From Phoronis australis (Eukaryota > Animalia > Phoronida): a stretch of 64,000 nucleotides of DNA. Location of the stretch: positions 1 through 64,000 of the forward strand of contig NMRA01000704.1 of NCBI GenBank assembly GCA_002633005.1, in the 5' to 3' direction. How positions within the stretch are numbered: position 1 is the first letter of the stretch; each line of letters opens with the position of its first letter. The notes beneath the pieces were generated by a model. The model worked only from the letters and a program-made list of their open reading frames with translations, had not been told where the DNA came from and made no database searches. The position numbers and the translations under genes are program-made. This document shows positions 24,959 to 37,765 of the stretch, piece by piece.

Positions 24959-27493
24959 CCGTATTCGCCGTAATAACTGCCCAGGGCGCCTAGAAAAGTT
25001 CGGTTCGGGGGGGGGCGCTTATTTTATCCCAAGGGGGTTGAAACCCGGTCTCTGAAACGGGTGAAATCGGAAGCTAAGATTCATTAAATTTACGCTCTGT
25101 GACGTATATGTAGTCTATGAAAGACTTTCAACAAAACTGTGGTGCATTGCTATCAAACTGCTTCTAAATTACGATCATTTTACAGAAAATTGTGCTAAAA
25201 TCCCAGGGCGAAAACTCGACGACTGACTGCCTCGAAATCGCCGTCTTCGATATGGCTACTTCAATGCTTGAATAAAAATGGTTTCGACTCAAGCAAATTA
25301 CTTGAAATCCTCATTAAGTTTTATAAGTAGCGTCTCTAAGATTTTTTTAGTTCTCGTGGAGTCTGGATTAACGGCAGGTTTAAGTACAAATCTGTGCAAC
25401 ATTGTGCCATCTACATGTATGATCGGCAACATGGCGAGAAAAATGTCTGGACAAACACACATGTTGTTGTCATGTTACGTTTGTTTTGAAGTTCGTCTGC
25501 GAGCAAGCGAACGCGTGCATGTCACCAGAGTTCATTTGCCAAAGCAGAGACCGTCTTTTGGCCAGAGCCACGCAATCTAACTAGCTAGATGTGTCTAAAG
25601 AAATTTGCACAAGCAGTGGGCCTAAACCAGAGCGTATTTCATTCAGCACTTACCGGTCTCGTGCTAAAAACTTTCGACATTTGTCTCGGTAAGGCCCATA
25701 TTAATCGCCGTGTAGCTCGATGTGTACGTAACTACGGTATCTGACAGTTATTTTTCGGTGTAAGGGTGTGTAAGCATTCACTGTCAGTTGTCATTTTATC
25801 GGATATTCGTCTTAAAAGGGGACTGTAGTCAAAATAATGTTGCAGTTAATCGGTTCTAACATACAAATAAAACGCACATTTGCCTGACTTGCGTGCCAAA
25901 CTAAAGCCAATTCGAATTCATGGTCAAAACACTGAATTCTGAAAGCGATCGCTGATTGGCTGAAGTGTCAGTGACGTGAACGGCGGGGTATCGGCTGCTT
26001 TACACATTCATTGCTTATGTCATATTTGAAGAGTTTACATCGTAATTTATCATTGTATCAATCGTCTTTATTTTTTATTGTTTGCCACAGTGCTCTAAAA
26101 GTTTCGCTATGCCTTTTTGTATGGCACCTGGTTGCTCAAACTCTTCGAAAAAGGCGTCTTCTAAAGGGATGGTCATCGCATACCATCGCCGGGTTACCCA
26201 AGCCTTGGCCCAAAGCTCAGTGTAGATATGGGCCTACAGGTTTTAGCCGATATGGGTAAAAANCAAATGACGTTTATTTGATTGTTTTCCATTTAAACGG
26301 CTGCAACGAACAATGGGAGTGTCGGGTGACTATACCAGATTTTGCATGCGCCCCCGCCGGTCCGTTAGCTTTATATGTTGATGTAGCCTAAGTTTTACGA
26401 CGAGGTGACGAGCATAACTGAGTCAACTATACCCGGGTAGTCAACGGCTGTCTGAAATTTCGGGGTTAACGGAGCTCAACACACAGTGGTACGATAGTCT
26501 TCATACAGCTACAGTAGGTAACTTACCAACCCTTCAAGTTTACAGAGCTGCCGGAGTATTGGCTGACAGCTGGCTGACTGGATGGCTAGAGTCCACATTG
26601 CCCTCGGCACAGTCACTGACACCAGTTGCACCGGCAAATTTTCGTCTGACGATGACGATGACTGGGTATCACTTTGTGTTGCCTCGGCTCAAACAGGTAT
26701 CCCTGTTGACCCGACATTTCACACTAAAATTTCTTATTCCGACAATATGAAGAACGCTACTTGATTGCATGCTAACACAGGACAGTGACTTTGCCCCGCC
26801 AAATACGTCACGAGACTAAGCAGTGCTCCAAGCCGGTAATTTTGTTAGCTTCTTTAGAGAATATAAGTTTAATTTTTGGTGTTGAATTATTTGTGAAATA
26901 AATCAACAATTCATAGAAAACTATCCAGAATTTATTCAGAATAAATTACAGTTCCCTTTTAAAAACACCAATTATGGTTAATGAAACAATCCAGCTCAAA
27001 AATAAGGCAAACATGTTTTGTAGTGTTAGAAATTGTCGGAATTAGTGCCAATATTCAATTCTTATCGATGCTATGCTACCCGTTTCATGAATGGATAGTT
27101 ACCGACTAATGTCTTTGATGACAGGTTCATGTATGTAGCGCGCGCTTCCTGGCCACGTGCGTTTAACACCGAGTTATTTTTATTCATGAGGCAGTCGATG
27201 TGTCTACTGAAAGGTCAGACCATAGTGGGACACGGTCGTCGCGAGAGCGCTGCGTTACTTTGAAGTGTAAAGTCACGGCTCAACACAAAAGTAGCAGTGC
27301 CGCTGGTGGTCTAGAAGACCCGTGCAAAATTTTTTTGATAAATTGAAGATGTTACTGTAGCCGAGTTTTAGGACTGTAGGTACGTCATTGTTTGCATGTA
27401 CACATTCATGAACTGGGCACTTATTTCAGCAAAGTCTGAAGACGCGTGGGGGGGCGCTTATAGGGGCATGGGCGGTTATTACGGCGAATACGG
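24959..27493 (+). mobile_element. Full-length Tc1/mariner-pogo-like non-autonomous element with a nested Kolobok-like insertion
   Basis: 24-bp TIR CCGTATTCGCCGTAATAAC(T/C)GCCC (23/24); TA on both sides (24957-58, 27494-95). Confidence 0.9.
25816..26958 (+). mobile_element. Kolobok-like deletion derivative (1143 bp)
   Basis: TTAA TSD (25812-15, 26959-62); TIR AAGGGGACTGTAGT vs AAGGGAACTGTAAT. Empty site GGC-TTAA-AAACACCA is seen in the sister copy at 42316-42330. THAP-like start MPFCMAPGCSN...AYHR at 26109 (+); MSGQQGYLFEP at 26717 (-). Confidence 0.85.
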
Positions 27494-28859
27494 TATGCGA
27501 GATATCGCGGTGCGTTTTCAGTGAGAACACGTGATTTTGGCAAGATTTTTTCTGTGCCAGACGTATGCTGAACTCTATCCACAGACGACACTAGCTGTCC
27601 CAAATTTTGGAATCACCCTCTGAAACTGCAAATGTCTAGCACGTCCTCTACCAAAGCAGCGGGGTATGCGCTATTGATATAATGCTTATGCTGTCAACGA
27701 AACTCTTTATAAGGCAATGAGATGAGCTCGGTCTCAAATTGCAGCTGACACTGAGAAATGCACCAACAACAACCAATATGAATCCTCAAAAGTGTTTCCA
27801 TTCAAAGCATTGTTGAGATGTCTAACACTGTTGTTGGTATGTCGGACCAGCATCGCAGGGCCCACAGAATATTGAAAAATGTGCTACGAAAATAAAATTC
27901 TGGATGCCCAAAAGACGGCCCTTGTATAAACCCCATCCCAATAGTGCCAGAGACTGACTAGTTAAAAGGCTTTGCAGAACTAACCGTTGAGTCTTTATTA
28001 TTTCCAGTGAGTAGGTACTGGATTAGGCATATAAAGTGCTGTTTACACTACAAAAGTTGACACAGATCAGCTGACTCGGAATGAGATGTTCCAGAGTGTA
28101 AACAGGATTAACACCGAGCAAATTGACACCGCGGTGACAACTTTTGCCACCCGTTTGTGAGGTGGGGCAATTTGCGCTCGAACATCTTGCTCCGTGTCTA
28201 AATGCGAAACTGGGACAAGGCGGAAAGGATCATCTCTACTGCGCTTGTGCAATGACCTACATACGGGCTCTTCGTCTCTGCAACTGTCACTATTTGAAAA
28301 CCTGCGAATGTGCATTCCACTCTCCAGCATACAAACTTCCGTCACGGTGAATGAAATTGCATGTGTAAAATCAAAAGTTGATGTCTAAACAGTATTTAGT
28401 GGCACTGGACCGTTGTTTAAATTCAATTGGCTATGACTAGTTGTTCTGGGGGAATTCTAAAGATGATTGAAGCATTATTTACAAGCTGTATTGCACTGTA
28501 AATACTAGCTGCCTGGTCTGCCCTTTGAGATTGGGGATTTGGCTCCCAAAAACTGACCACTTGGCCTTTATTTAGGTTCAGTGGGGTATGACCAGTTGTT
28601 GTCAAGTGTAACTTGAACCAATGAAGACTTTGTTAAGGATGTTGAAGCCTTTTTTGCAAACTGATCACTAGTTTTTTAAGCTGGTCCCGGGATATTTAAA
28701 CAGGTTGGCAGTGCGGCCAAACCGGTCTCTGTGACACATTTAAAGCGTCTGTGGAGAACGCTATTGAGTGCTCTGAGATTTTTTATGCCCAATAGTTCTT
28801 TTGTTGTATGACCAGTCCTAGCTTTCTTGTTTACCCATAGCTACAAGACTGTTTCTTTA

Positions 28860-29170
28860 TCAGTTTCGTCATCATGATTGTGATGATTATGTCAGTGACA
28901 ATGATGGCAAAATGACATTGTCATTTTCAGTGTCATCATTTGTGTTGGCCTCGTCGATGTCAACGTCGTTGCTATTCTTTACATTGTTGGTTTTGATAGC
29001 GGCTTCACTGCTGGCATCGTCATTGGTATCTGTAACTTCATGATAACTGTGGGTGTATAAGTGTTGTCATCTGTGTTGGAAGTGGCGCCATAGTCTTTAT
29101 CCATGTTGTCAGCGATTTTGGCGATGTTGTCCGTGGTTGTTGGTGTCGTCCGCGATGTCGTGGTCTTTGA
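28860..29170. repeat. Degenerate trinucleotide low-complexity tract (TGA/TCA/TGT)
   Basis: Repetitive TCATCATGATTGTGATGA, GTTGTTGGTGTCGTC; gives the Thr-rich spurious ORF 28979-29224. Confidence 0.55.
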
Positions 29171-29439
29171 GTTTTTTCCTAACCAGTTGCCATGGTGATT
29201 CCAACGTATTGTGGAGAATTCCATAACCTACTGCTCCCAGGTACCATCCTCACACCTGCAATCCATCACCCAGCATTGTCAATGAATGCGGATTTTTGCC
29301 TCGTCACGTATGTAATGGTGTAGATTACATTAAAAAAAGGTTGGAGTTTTGCTCATTGCCAACGTTTTGAACTTTTGCCAAACTTACACATTGTTCTGTG
29401 GTGTTGAAGAAACATGAATAATCTCCGAGTTGAAACTAG

Positions 29440-30645
29440 TTACTTGGTAATTTCGCCAAGTATGTTGCTCTGTCACTAAGTTTTTTTGTTTGTTCGCACG
29501 ATACAGGTCGCAATTTTCGTCCGAACATCACGAAATTTACACATAACACGTAGTTCCGGAAGTACTGGAAACCTACTGTTTTTCGTCAAAATCGGATCCA
29601 AAATGGCGGCTGTGGCGGCCATTTTGTTTTCATTTTAACATTCAAAGGCTTCTGGAGGCTACAATTTTTTACGTACAGAGCTGAAAATCGGCACAATAAA
29701 TGGACCGGATGTGCACTACATGTACACCGGAAATTGTTTACTTCCGGTTAAAGATGGCGGAAATATCGGTCATCGCGCATGCGCACCTCGATTTTGGCCT
29801 AATAACGTTTTCTCCTGTAGAGGGCGCATTATAGGGCCAATTCCTTCGAAGTTTTACGGATATTAGTTTTTTATGACATGCTATTATATCAACCCAAAAA
29901 ACCGGAAGTTGCTCTCAAGATGGCGGATCTTTCGCATGTTGACCCATTTTCAGTCGTACTTAGGTGCCATTTACACAGGAGCAGAAAATGACGTGAATTG
30001 TTGCATGTGGATTCTCTAAGGTATACTCTTTCAAATGAACTGTAACAATTTTTCTCTCAGATTTACTGTTTTCGAGATATTTGATTTTAAATTTAAAAAA
30101 AAACGCAAAATTTCATTTTTTTCGAAAAATTTACGGACTTAGGCGGTACCATCAGTTTAGATAGAATTTTGAACGGGCTTTCAGAAGATGTTTTCCATTT
30201 TTCGCTAGGACGTCTACTTTTCGAGTTATTTTAGATTTTCTGATAACGTTCCTTTCTTGAGCGCTCTTGCTGCATTGATGTTGGTTTATCTTCTATTGAA
30301 GTAGACTGTAGCCTATTTCTTATTGATTTATGACGTCTGAGTTCGTCATATGAATGTTGTGATGTTGTTCATCATCGCCACCACCATCATCATATTCGTC
30401 ATCATCGTCATCATCTTCGTCATCATTTCCGTTGTCGTCTTTTTCGTTAATTTCGCCAAGTGTCGCTCAAGACTAGCCTTTTTCTTACTGATTTCGGACT
30501 TCTACGTTCGTCATGTGTATGTTATTATTACTTCTTTTGTTCATCCTCGCCACCATCGTCGTCATATTCGTCATCTTCATTATCATCTTTATCGTCATCT
30601 TTTTGGTTAATTTCGCCAAGGTTCGCTCCTCGGAGCGCTTTCATT
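29440..30645 (+). mobile_element. Helentron-associated non-autonomous element (HINE/DINE-1-like), copy 1
   Basis: 5' subTIR/IR TACTTGG..TTTCGCCAAGTA, GTTT microsatellite, 3' subTIR TTTCGCCAAG (30611-20), hairpin CGCTCC-TC-GGAGCG (30624-37), T-rich end. Highly similar to 48343-49542. Confidence 0.8.
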
Positions 30646-31356
30646 GTATTGTTTTTCATAATTCTTGGCAGGTGAGCCTATGAAATCCATACTTGTTAAT
30701 GCCACAAGCTAAATTAGGTTACGGAGAACACAGAATCGATTTGTGCTCACAATTTTCAGGTAGTTTCTGAAAGAAGCTGGGAGGAAAGAATTTGTATCGA
30801 CCAAACTGCTGCCTATTAGAGCATAACTGAATTTTGTGGGAATTGGCAAGTCCTTTTCCAACTGAACTAGCATTCACAAACAGTAGTGGTAGTCACATGG
30901 TTATTACGTATTCAGTGACGCCAGGTTGGTATCAAGTTGCCATCTTTGACAAAACAACAACTTTGACGTCATGTATCATTTATTGATGTGAATTTTTGAC
31001 AAAAGGAATGTCATACACAAAAACCATCTCTATCAACAATTAACTCAACACTGGTCGTTCATGCATTAAAAATAATCCCCTTTTCAAAGTTTCTATCATG
31101 AAGTCAAACAGTGACCTGTTTTGTCACATACCACTGTGGATGAATATTATTAATTTAGTAAACAACCTTCCTTCAAAAGTACTTCAGCACTTGTTGTGCA
31201 CTTTATGAGGAAAGCATGTTTAACGTGAGCTGTTGATTCCAGTTAACACAGAGTCTACAGTGCTTCATCCAGAATTTCATCAATATGGTGCTAAAATCAA
31301 ATTCCCTAATTTCTTGAGGCGTTCATGATTAAATGGCACTTGAGTGGGTTTTTATT

Positions 31357-31729
31357 GGTGCTTTCCATTAGGAGACTTCAGTTTACCGAAGCTTTGCCGA
31401 AAGTTCGCTTACCTTTCCAACTTGATGGCAACATTGAAGTTATCGCTATGACAACAGACGATGAAGTTCATTCGTACTCTAACAAATATTAAGTAGTGGG
31501 TTCGAGGCTAATGAAAAATCGTTCTGCCATTTATGAATGTTTATGAAAATGGTCAGTGCCTGATAAGCTTTCCTTATTTATTTACGCCCTTCTAGTAAGA
31601 GCACATCAGCTGTTAAATCCTACTATTTTAAGCAAAGTTTTGCTTGCAGATTAGCTACCAGAGGCATAACCTTTTCCTCTTACAGAAACTTCAGTAAAAT
31701 TGAAGTTTTGCCTCTAATGGGAAAGCAAC
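31357..31729. mobile_element. Old MITE; related copy at about 38277-38745
   Basis: TIR GGTGCTTTCCATTAG / CTAATGGGAAAGCAAC; collinear similarity with 38277 onward (ACTTCAGTTTAC, GCTTACCTTTCC, AAGTTATCGCTA, GTTCTGCCATTTA). Confidence 0.65.
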
Positions 31730-34700
31730 TTTCACATTTCACATTGGGTCTAAAATGCTTTCGGTCAAGAAAGAATGTCCACCATACTAAATCCCTAATG
31801 GGTAATGGGAAAGGCCCTTTAGGCTGGTACTGTACTCTGGTTTATGCAGTTGAAAACCAAGTGATAGGGTGTTGGTCAGGTAGTTTGGCCTGGGGCAACT
31901 TCTACACTGCAGTACCTTGGTAATTCATTGGTGACTTCAACACATCATAAATCACTGTTCTTGACTGCTTGCTTATGGACTTGTCTGGATGTCTATTGTG
32001 CCAGTAGGCAGGTGGCCTTTCAATTATTAATACCTCTTGTTCTCCTGTATCTTTCCTGAGCTGGCAAATTTTTCATTATGACTTGGCTAATGACAGTTCC
32101 TCCAGAATTAACATGCAGGGAAAATGTGGTCTTTGGCTCAGTGGAGATGTACTTGGATAGTTATAGGGTAGTTCCATTTTCTGAATATCTGTAATTTTGT
32201 AAGTTCTTCAGTTAACTTCCGTGCTGATGTTTTTACCTGAAATTCATTGAATAAAAGTAGCTCTGCTTCTGATTTATGAACTTGGTTGCCACATTGGGGA
32301 CACCCGTATAATTTGTTAATGTTTTTAACAATGAATAATACATGAGTTTAAATGTCATCTATGTAATTTATTTGAAACGTGACCTGTTTCTCGAGTCAAC
32401 TTTTGGCTTCATAGGTTTTATGACCAGTGAAAACATGCATGGAAAGTTAATTGTCACGTGTGTATTAATTCACATATTTGGTTGCGCATAGGTTTTATTA
32501 GGATGCTAATAATTTGTATACATGTTTTCAAAGATATTTAGTTCATAGTCAATGTTCAGTACCCCTGATGGCCCATTTCGCTTACGTAGTCTATTTAAAA
32601 ATGGCGTGGCAGTCTCATCTGGTTCAAAACTTGTCATGCCCTTTAATAATTGTTATAGCCATTTTTATTGATTTGCCAATATATCCGTCAAGTACTCCAC
32701 AATGTACATAATATTTATATTCACATGCACTGAAATTGGATTTTGATTTCAATTGCAATGGTAAGCTTGCGAACCAATTTGTTGTATTGTAATATGATGC
32801 ACTTGGTCTTCTTGACAAGTAATTATCTAGAATGATGATCCTTCTCCTGATGCGCAGTGTTCTGCAAATTGGCTCTGTTTTCTTCCTTGTTGATAATTCT
32901 TTCTCTGGTAAATGGGTAGACAGAGAATGCAAGATCTTCCATTCTGTGAACTGATTTAGCCTCTAGTCAATGTCTATTAATTTTTGTTCTTGGCATTTCC
33001 TGGCACGCATTTGACTTGCGTGTGTTTGGTAAGGAGCGCAATTGGTCAGTCCGTGAGTCGATCCTTGTCTATCGACCGTAACAGAGGCCTCAAACCTGTG
33101 TAGATCCCGGCTTAGCGTTTGGTGGTTGAATTGTTGGGGGAAGGGTGTGATTCTCTTCCGTTGGAGATTTCCTTGGTCAAATGTAGTGTTGCAACAATTC
33201 ACTGACTTCATGCCGACATCGTTGATCGAAATCGATTTCATGACTTTGAAATTGACTCTGTGGTCTCCCTGAAAATTAAAATTCACGTAAATTTGGAGAA
33301 TTCTCCTCTCCTACTCTACGTGTGTTGTAAAACATCTTAGAAAGTCACGTAAGTGCAGAAGTGCTCTGTGCTGCTGCAAGCAAATCTCATCTGATGGGTG
33401 GCAGTGATTGCTCTGGGAATTTACCAAAAGGAGACGTATGTCATCAGATTTAAGAATATGAAACATGGTTTGTCATGGTTGACGAAAAATATAGTGATTA
33501 CTGTATGCATGTGCAGTTAAATGTATTAAGCTCATGACAAATAAAATATGATAAAATATAGAATGTTAATTAAAATTTTTTACAGGCTTTAATTCTCACA
33601 CTCACTTAGGACGAAATCTGGGTTTTTTGTACTTGAAAATGTTAACTGCACTAGTAACACCGAATTCTCTCAGAGGAGGAGCGTTCAACTTGACAGTTAA
33701 CCACTGTTGAACCATCTTGCTCAACAGCTTTTACAAGCTCTGAGTAGGAAAGCCTGTCGTCCCTGGGTATCATAGTGAACAGCCTTGCCAGTACTCAATT
33801 ACAATGTCACTCAAAACCAAATCAGAATTGAGTTTCGAATTGGAAAGGTTTCGGATTTATCGATTATGAGAATATCTACTAGTCTACGGTAATCAGAAGG
33901 CAGACGTTCTCTCATCCTAGTGTTTTCCACAGCACGAAATTTGAACTCTATGGGAATTGCAAACTTCATGAACTTGTGGGAGAAAGTCCATGTCCATGTT
34001 TGTTTGCAGTCTAAGAATTTGTATGAAACACTGAACTGGTGCCAGATGTCCAAAATGACATTATTGGTGAAGAAATTACTGATCTACTATGAGTTCAGTC
34101 ATGGCAAACTCCAATCCCATTGTTGTAGCTAGTCAAATCAGGTCGTGGAGAACATTGCTTCCTCTAAGTTGACCGAAGTCCAATGCACATACACATAAGC
34201 GCACATGCACATCTCATACTGGCTACTTAGAAGAATACTTTAAAAGTTACATCTCTTTTATAACGAATCTAAATTCGTTTCTTTGTCGTGCAAATAGTGT
34301 TGCCTTAAAAAGTAATCTTTTCAATATAAACTTCTGACAATAAATAAACCATTTACCCAATAGTGAAAAATGATATTTTTAAAAGTTTCTTTGTTTATCA
34401 GAAAAGCCCAGGATTGTGGGAGAATGTGGCAACACACGAAGAATTCACTAAATTTTCGTGATCAACTTTTTTATGAAAGAAGTTTGTTGTTTCACAGTCC
34501 CAAAGTAAGTCCTTTGTAAATATTTTGTTGGAAGTGCAACAACGGGCAGCGGGTGGGCGGGTGGACGATGGCTTGTTGTTTAGAAAACATTATACAATGA
34601 AGTGGGTCATCCAGTAAAGCAGACCATTCTTCCGCTGGTCACAGCCAAGAATCAGTCTTGGTCGTGACAAATGAGCATCAAAATGGGTCAAAGTGTCTGT

Positions 34701-35262
34701 ACTACATCCATGGGTTTATGCAGCGCGCACATCTTGGCCGTCTTTTGGATGGCCAGAATGTTATTTTGGACGGGCTCGACAGGACAGCCAGAATTAAAAA
34801 AGATGGGCAAAATTTGAAAAAGTTGCTTGAAGTGATCACCACTTTCTCAATATTATCACCTGATCGGCCGTCGCCCAATTACATAAGCCATCAGTCATTT
34901 CAGAAATGAGAAATTTTCTTGATATAAAGTGCTTTCTTAGTGAATTTTTCAATACTGAGTGTATCCCATGACACAGATCAGTGTTACCAGCAGCCACCTG
35001 TGAATGGAAACACTTTCAATGACTCTTATTGGTTGTTGCTTGTACATTTTGTATTTAGATGAATACTATTGGTTAGTTTTGGTGCATTTCTCATTGTCAC
35101 TGGCCAATCAAAATTGAGCTCATCTCATTGGCTTTATTAGGGTTTCTTTAGCTGATCCAATATTTATGGTTACACCCCCTGAAAAACTGGCCAGCTGTTT
35201 ACAGCCTTCACTATGTCTGTATCCCCAGACGCTAATGGTTTTGGGGTGAGGGGGGGGGGGGG

Positions 35263-35477
35263 NNNNNNNNNNNNNNNNNNNNNNNNNNNNNNNNNNNNNN
35301 NNNNNNNNNNNNNNNNNNNNNNNNNNNNNNNNNNNNNNNNNNNNNNNNNNNNNNNNNNNNNNNNNNNNNNNNNNNNNNNNNNNNNNNNNNNNNNNNNNNN
35401 NNNNNNNNNNNNNNNNNNNNNNNNNNNNNNNNNNNNNNNNNNNNNNNNNNNNNNNNNNNNNNNNNNNNNNNNNNNNN
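35263..35477. other. Assembly gap
   Basis: Run of n. Confidence 0.99.
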
Positions 35478-36378
35478 GCGTGAGCTTTGTACAAACCTAG
35501 TTGTGTCATATGTTGCACTAAGACCTAAGACTCCAGGATTATTTCACAAATTGAGAGATGTTCCAGATACAGATGCTGACTTAGATGGTGGTAAGACAAA
35601 TAATCCAGCTACATATCTAGATTGTGGTGATAATGTGGCCAGTCAACAAAATGCAAATACCTGTGCAATGAATGGTGAACCTTTCAATCAAACTACCGAA
35701 TTTTTGCCAACGTACGACATTGGCATTTTTACAATTTGCTTCAAACTTGAGGATAGACGGGTTTTAGAAGGAAGAATGGATTTTTGACAATCCTGAAAAT
35801 GGCATAGTTGTTAACATTTGAGAACGCAGTCAATATCTTTATAGAAAATGGTTTCAACTGTCCCTTCCAAGTAAATGGAAACCCACGTGAATCGGAATGT
35901 TTACTCTTATTAGATATTCAAGATGGTGGACGAAGTCATGGACTCTTGTGGTGTGTAATTTCTGCAAGAATTCTTGTCACGTAGAATGTTGGATGTAACC
36001 ACTTTTCGACGTCGAAATCAGACAAACGTTACGAGGGTATTGACTATGAAGGAATGCTGTGCAAGACATGAGATTGAGAGAAATATAGGCGCGGCTATCA
36101 GAAAGATGTGATAAAAATGCGACTCGCGTTACCAAGACACTTTATTGTGTCTGCTTCGTGGAAGACTGGACATTGCTGCTGAAATCTTTACCATTGTGTT
36201 ATAGCTTTTGCCCTCAGATGACATTGGCATCTCTAGCATGAACGTGACATTTGTTTTTCAGTAAAATGTTCCCGCATACTGTTTCAAACACATCTGTATA
36301 AACTTCGATTTAAAGTTATTGAATAAATGCATGGTCTTTGTTTTATCAATGACACTTACATTCCACTTCACTGTACTA

Positions 36379-37765
36379 CCGTAATCGTTCGGGTTAACGC
36401 CCTGGGCGGTTAAATTGGCGAACCCAAAAAATCGGGGGACGGCGGTTAACCGAGCAGTGGGCGGTTAAATCGAAAATCCACCTAAAGTAGGGGATGGGCG
36501 GTTAACCGAACATGGGCGCTTATTACGACAGTCAACCGCCCTGGCCTGGGCGGTTAATCTTACCTGGCGATCTAAATCCCGACACGACACTCATACTCGG
36601 AACGCGTAGCCCTTTTCAAAGAGCTTCATCGTAACGTCGCCAAATGACTGAAAACGTCATAACAGCGGATGATCCCAACAAAGGTTCTCTTGCCCTCAGA
36701 TTAGTCATTCATTATTAAATTTACAAAATTGCTGAGTAATAGCCCCGTGCCGTCCTGCGGTGCGCAGACAACCAGTGACTACGAAGCCTCCACTTGAATT
36801 GAAACTGTTTCAAGATGTGACCCTGCTTAAGTGCGCGCGTGCAAGCTTCACGTGTTGCAGAGGTCAGACATCAAATTTATGGTCTCGTACTATATGTAGC
36901 TGTCAAGTTCTGAGTCAGAGAGCAGTTTTAAAATTGGTTGTAATAAAAGTTTGAAAAACTTAACTCCGCTGTTTTTTNNNNNNNNNNNNNNNNNNNNNNN
37001 NNNNNNNNNNNNNNNNNNNNNNNNNNNNNNNNNNNNNNNNNNNNNNNNNNNNNNNNNNNNNNNNNNNNNNNNNNNNNNNNNNNNNNNNNNNNNNNNNNNN
37101 NNNNNNNNNNNNNNNNNNNNNNNNNNNNNNNNNNNNNNNNNNNNNNNNNNNNNNNNNNNNNNNNNNNNNNNNNNNNNNNNNNNNNNNNNNNNNNNNNNNN
37201 NNNNNNNNNNNNNNNNNNNNNNNNNNNNNNNNNNNNNNNNNNNNNNNNNNNNNNNNNNNNNNNNNNNNNNNNNNNNNNNNNNNNNNNNNNNNNNNNNNNN
37301 NNNNNNNNNCAGACGGAAACTCAGTGCGGCAGACAAAGTCGCTGAAAGCGGAGGTTTTGACGCCGGCGGCGTTCTTAAACTTTGCAAACAAGGGAAGAAA
37401 ATAAAGTGACAAAAAGGTTCAAGTATTTTGAAGTGAGTTCATGACCCAAGACAATAACTCTTTACCTGTATTGTGATTCAGATTGCTAAACCACCGTCTC
37501 GGAGTCCCGGCGTCGTTGCACTCATTGTGATCATCGATCTTTTTCTAAAAGTCGGGGAATCGCGCATTTCCTTAGCACTAGGCGCTAAATCTTCATTCTT
37601 TAAAAGTCGGGGTGGGCGCTTAACCGAGAGGTGGGCGCTTAACTGAAACTCTTAAAAAATCGGGGGAGGGCAGTTAACCGAGCAGTGGGCGGTTAAATCG
37701 GAAATCCAGTTAAAGTCGGGGATGGGCGGTTAACTGAACATGGGCGTTAACCCGAACGATTACGG
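36379..37765. mobile_element. Second CCGTA-terminated Tc1/mariner-pogo-like non-autonomous family
   Basis: Perfect 24-bp TIR CCGTAATCGTTCGGGTTAACGCCC; TA TSD; many subterminal GGGCGGTTAA repeats at both ends; spans the gap. Confidence 0.9.
36978..37309. other. Assembly gap
   Basis: Run of n. Confidence 0.99.

Noticed and set aside
30350-30675. Hydrophobic or Ser/His-rich ORFs (also 49312-49653)
   Set aside because: Translation of TCA/TCG low-complexity tracts within the HINE.
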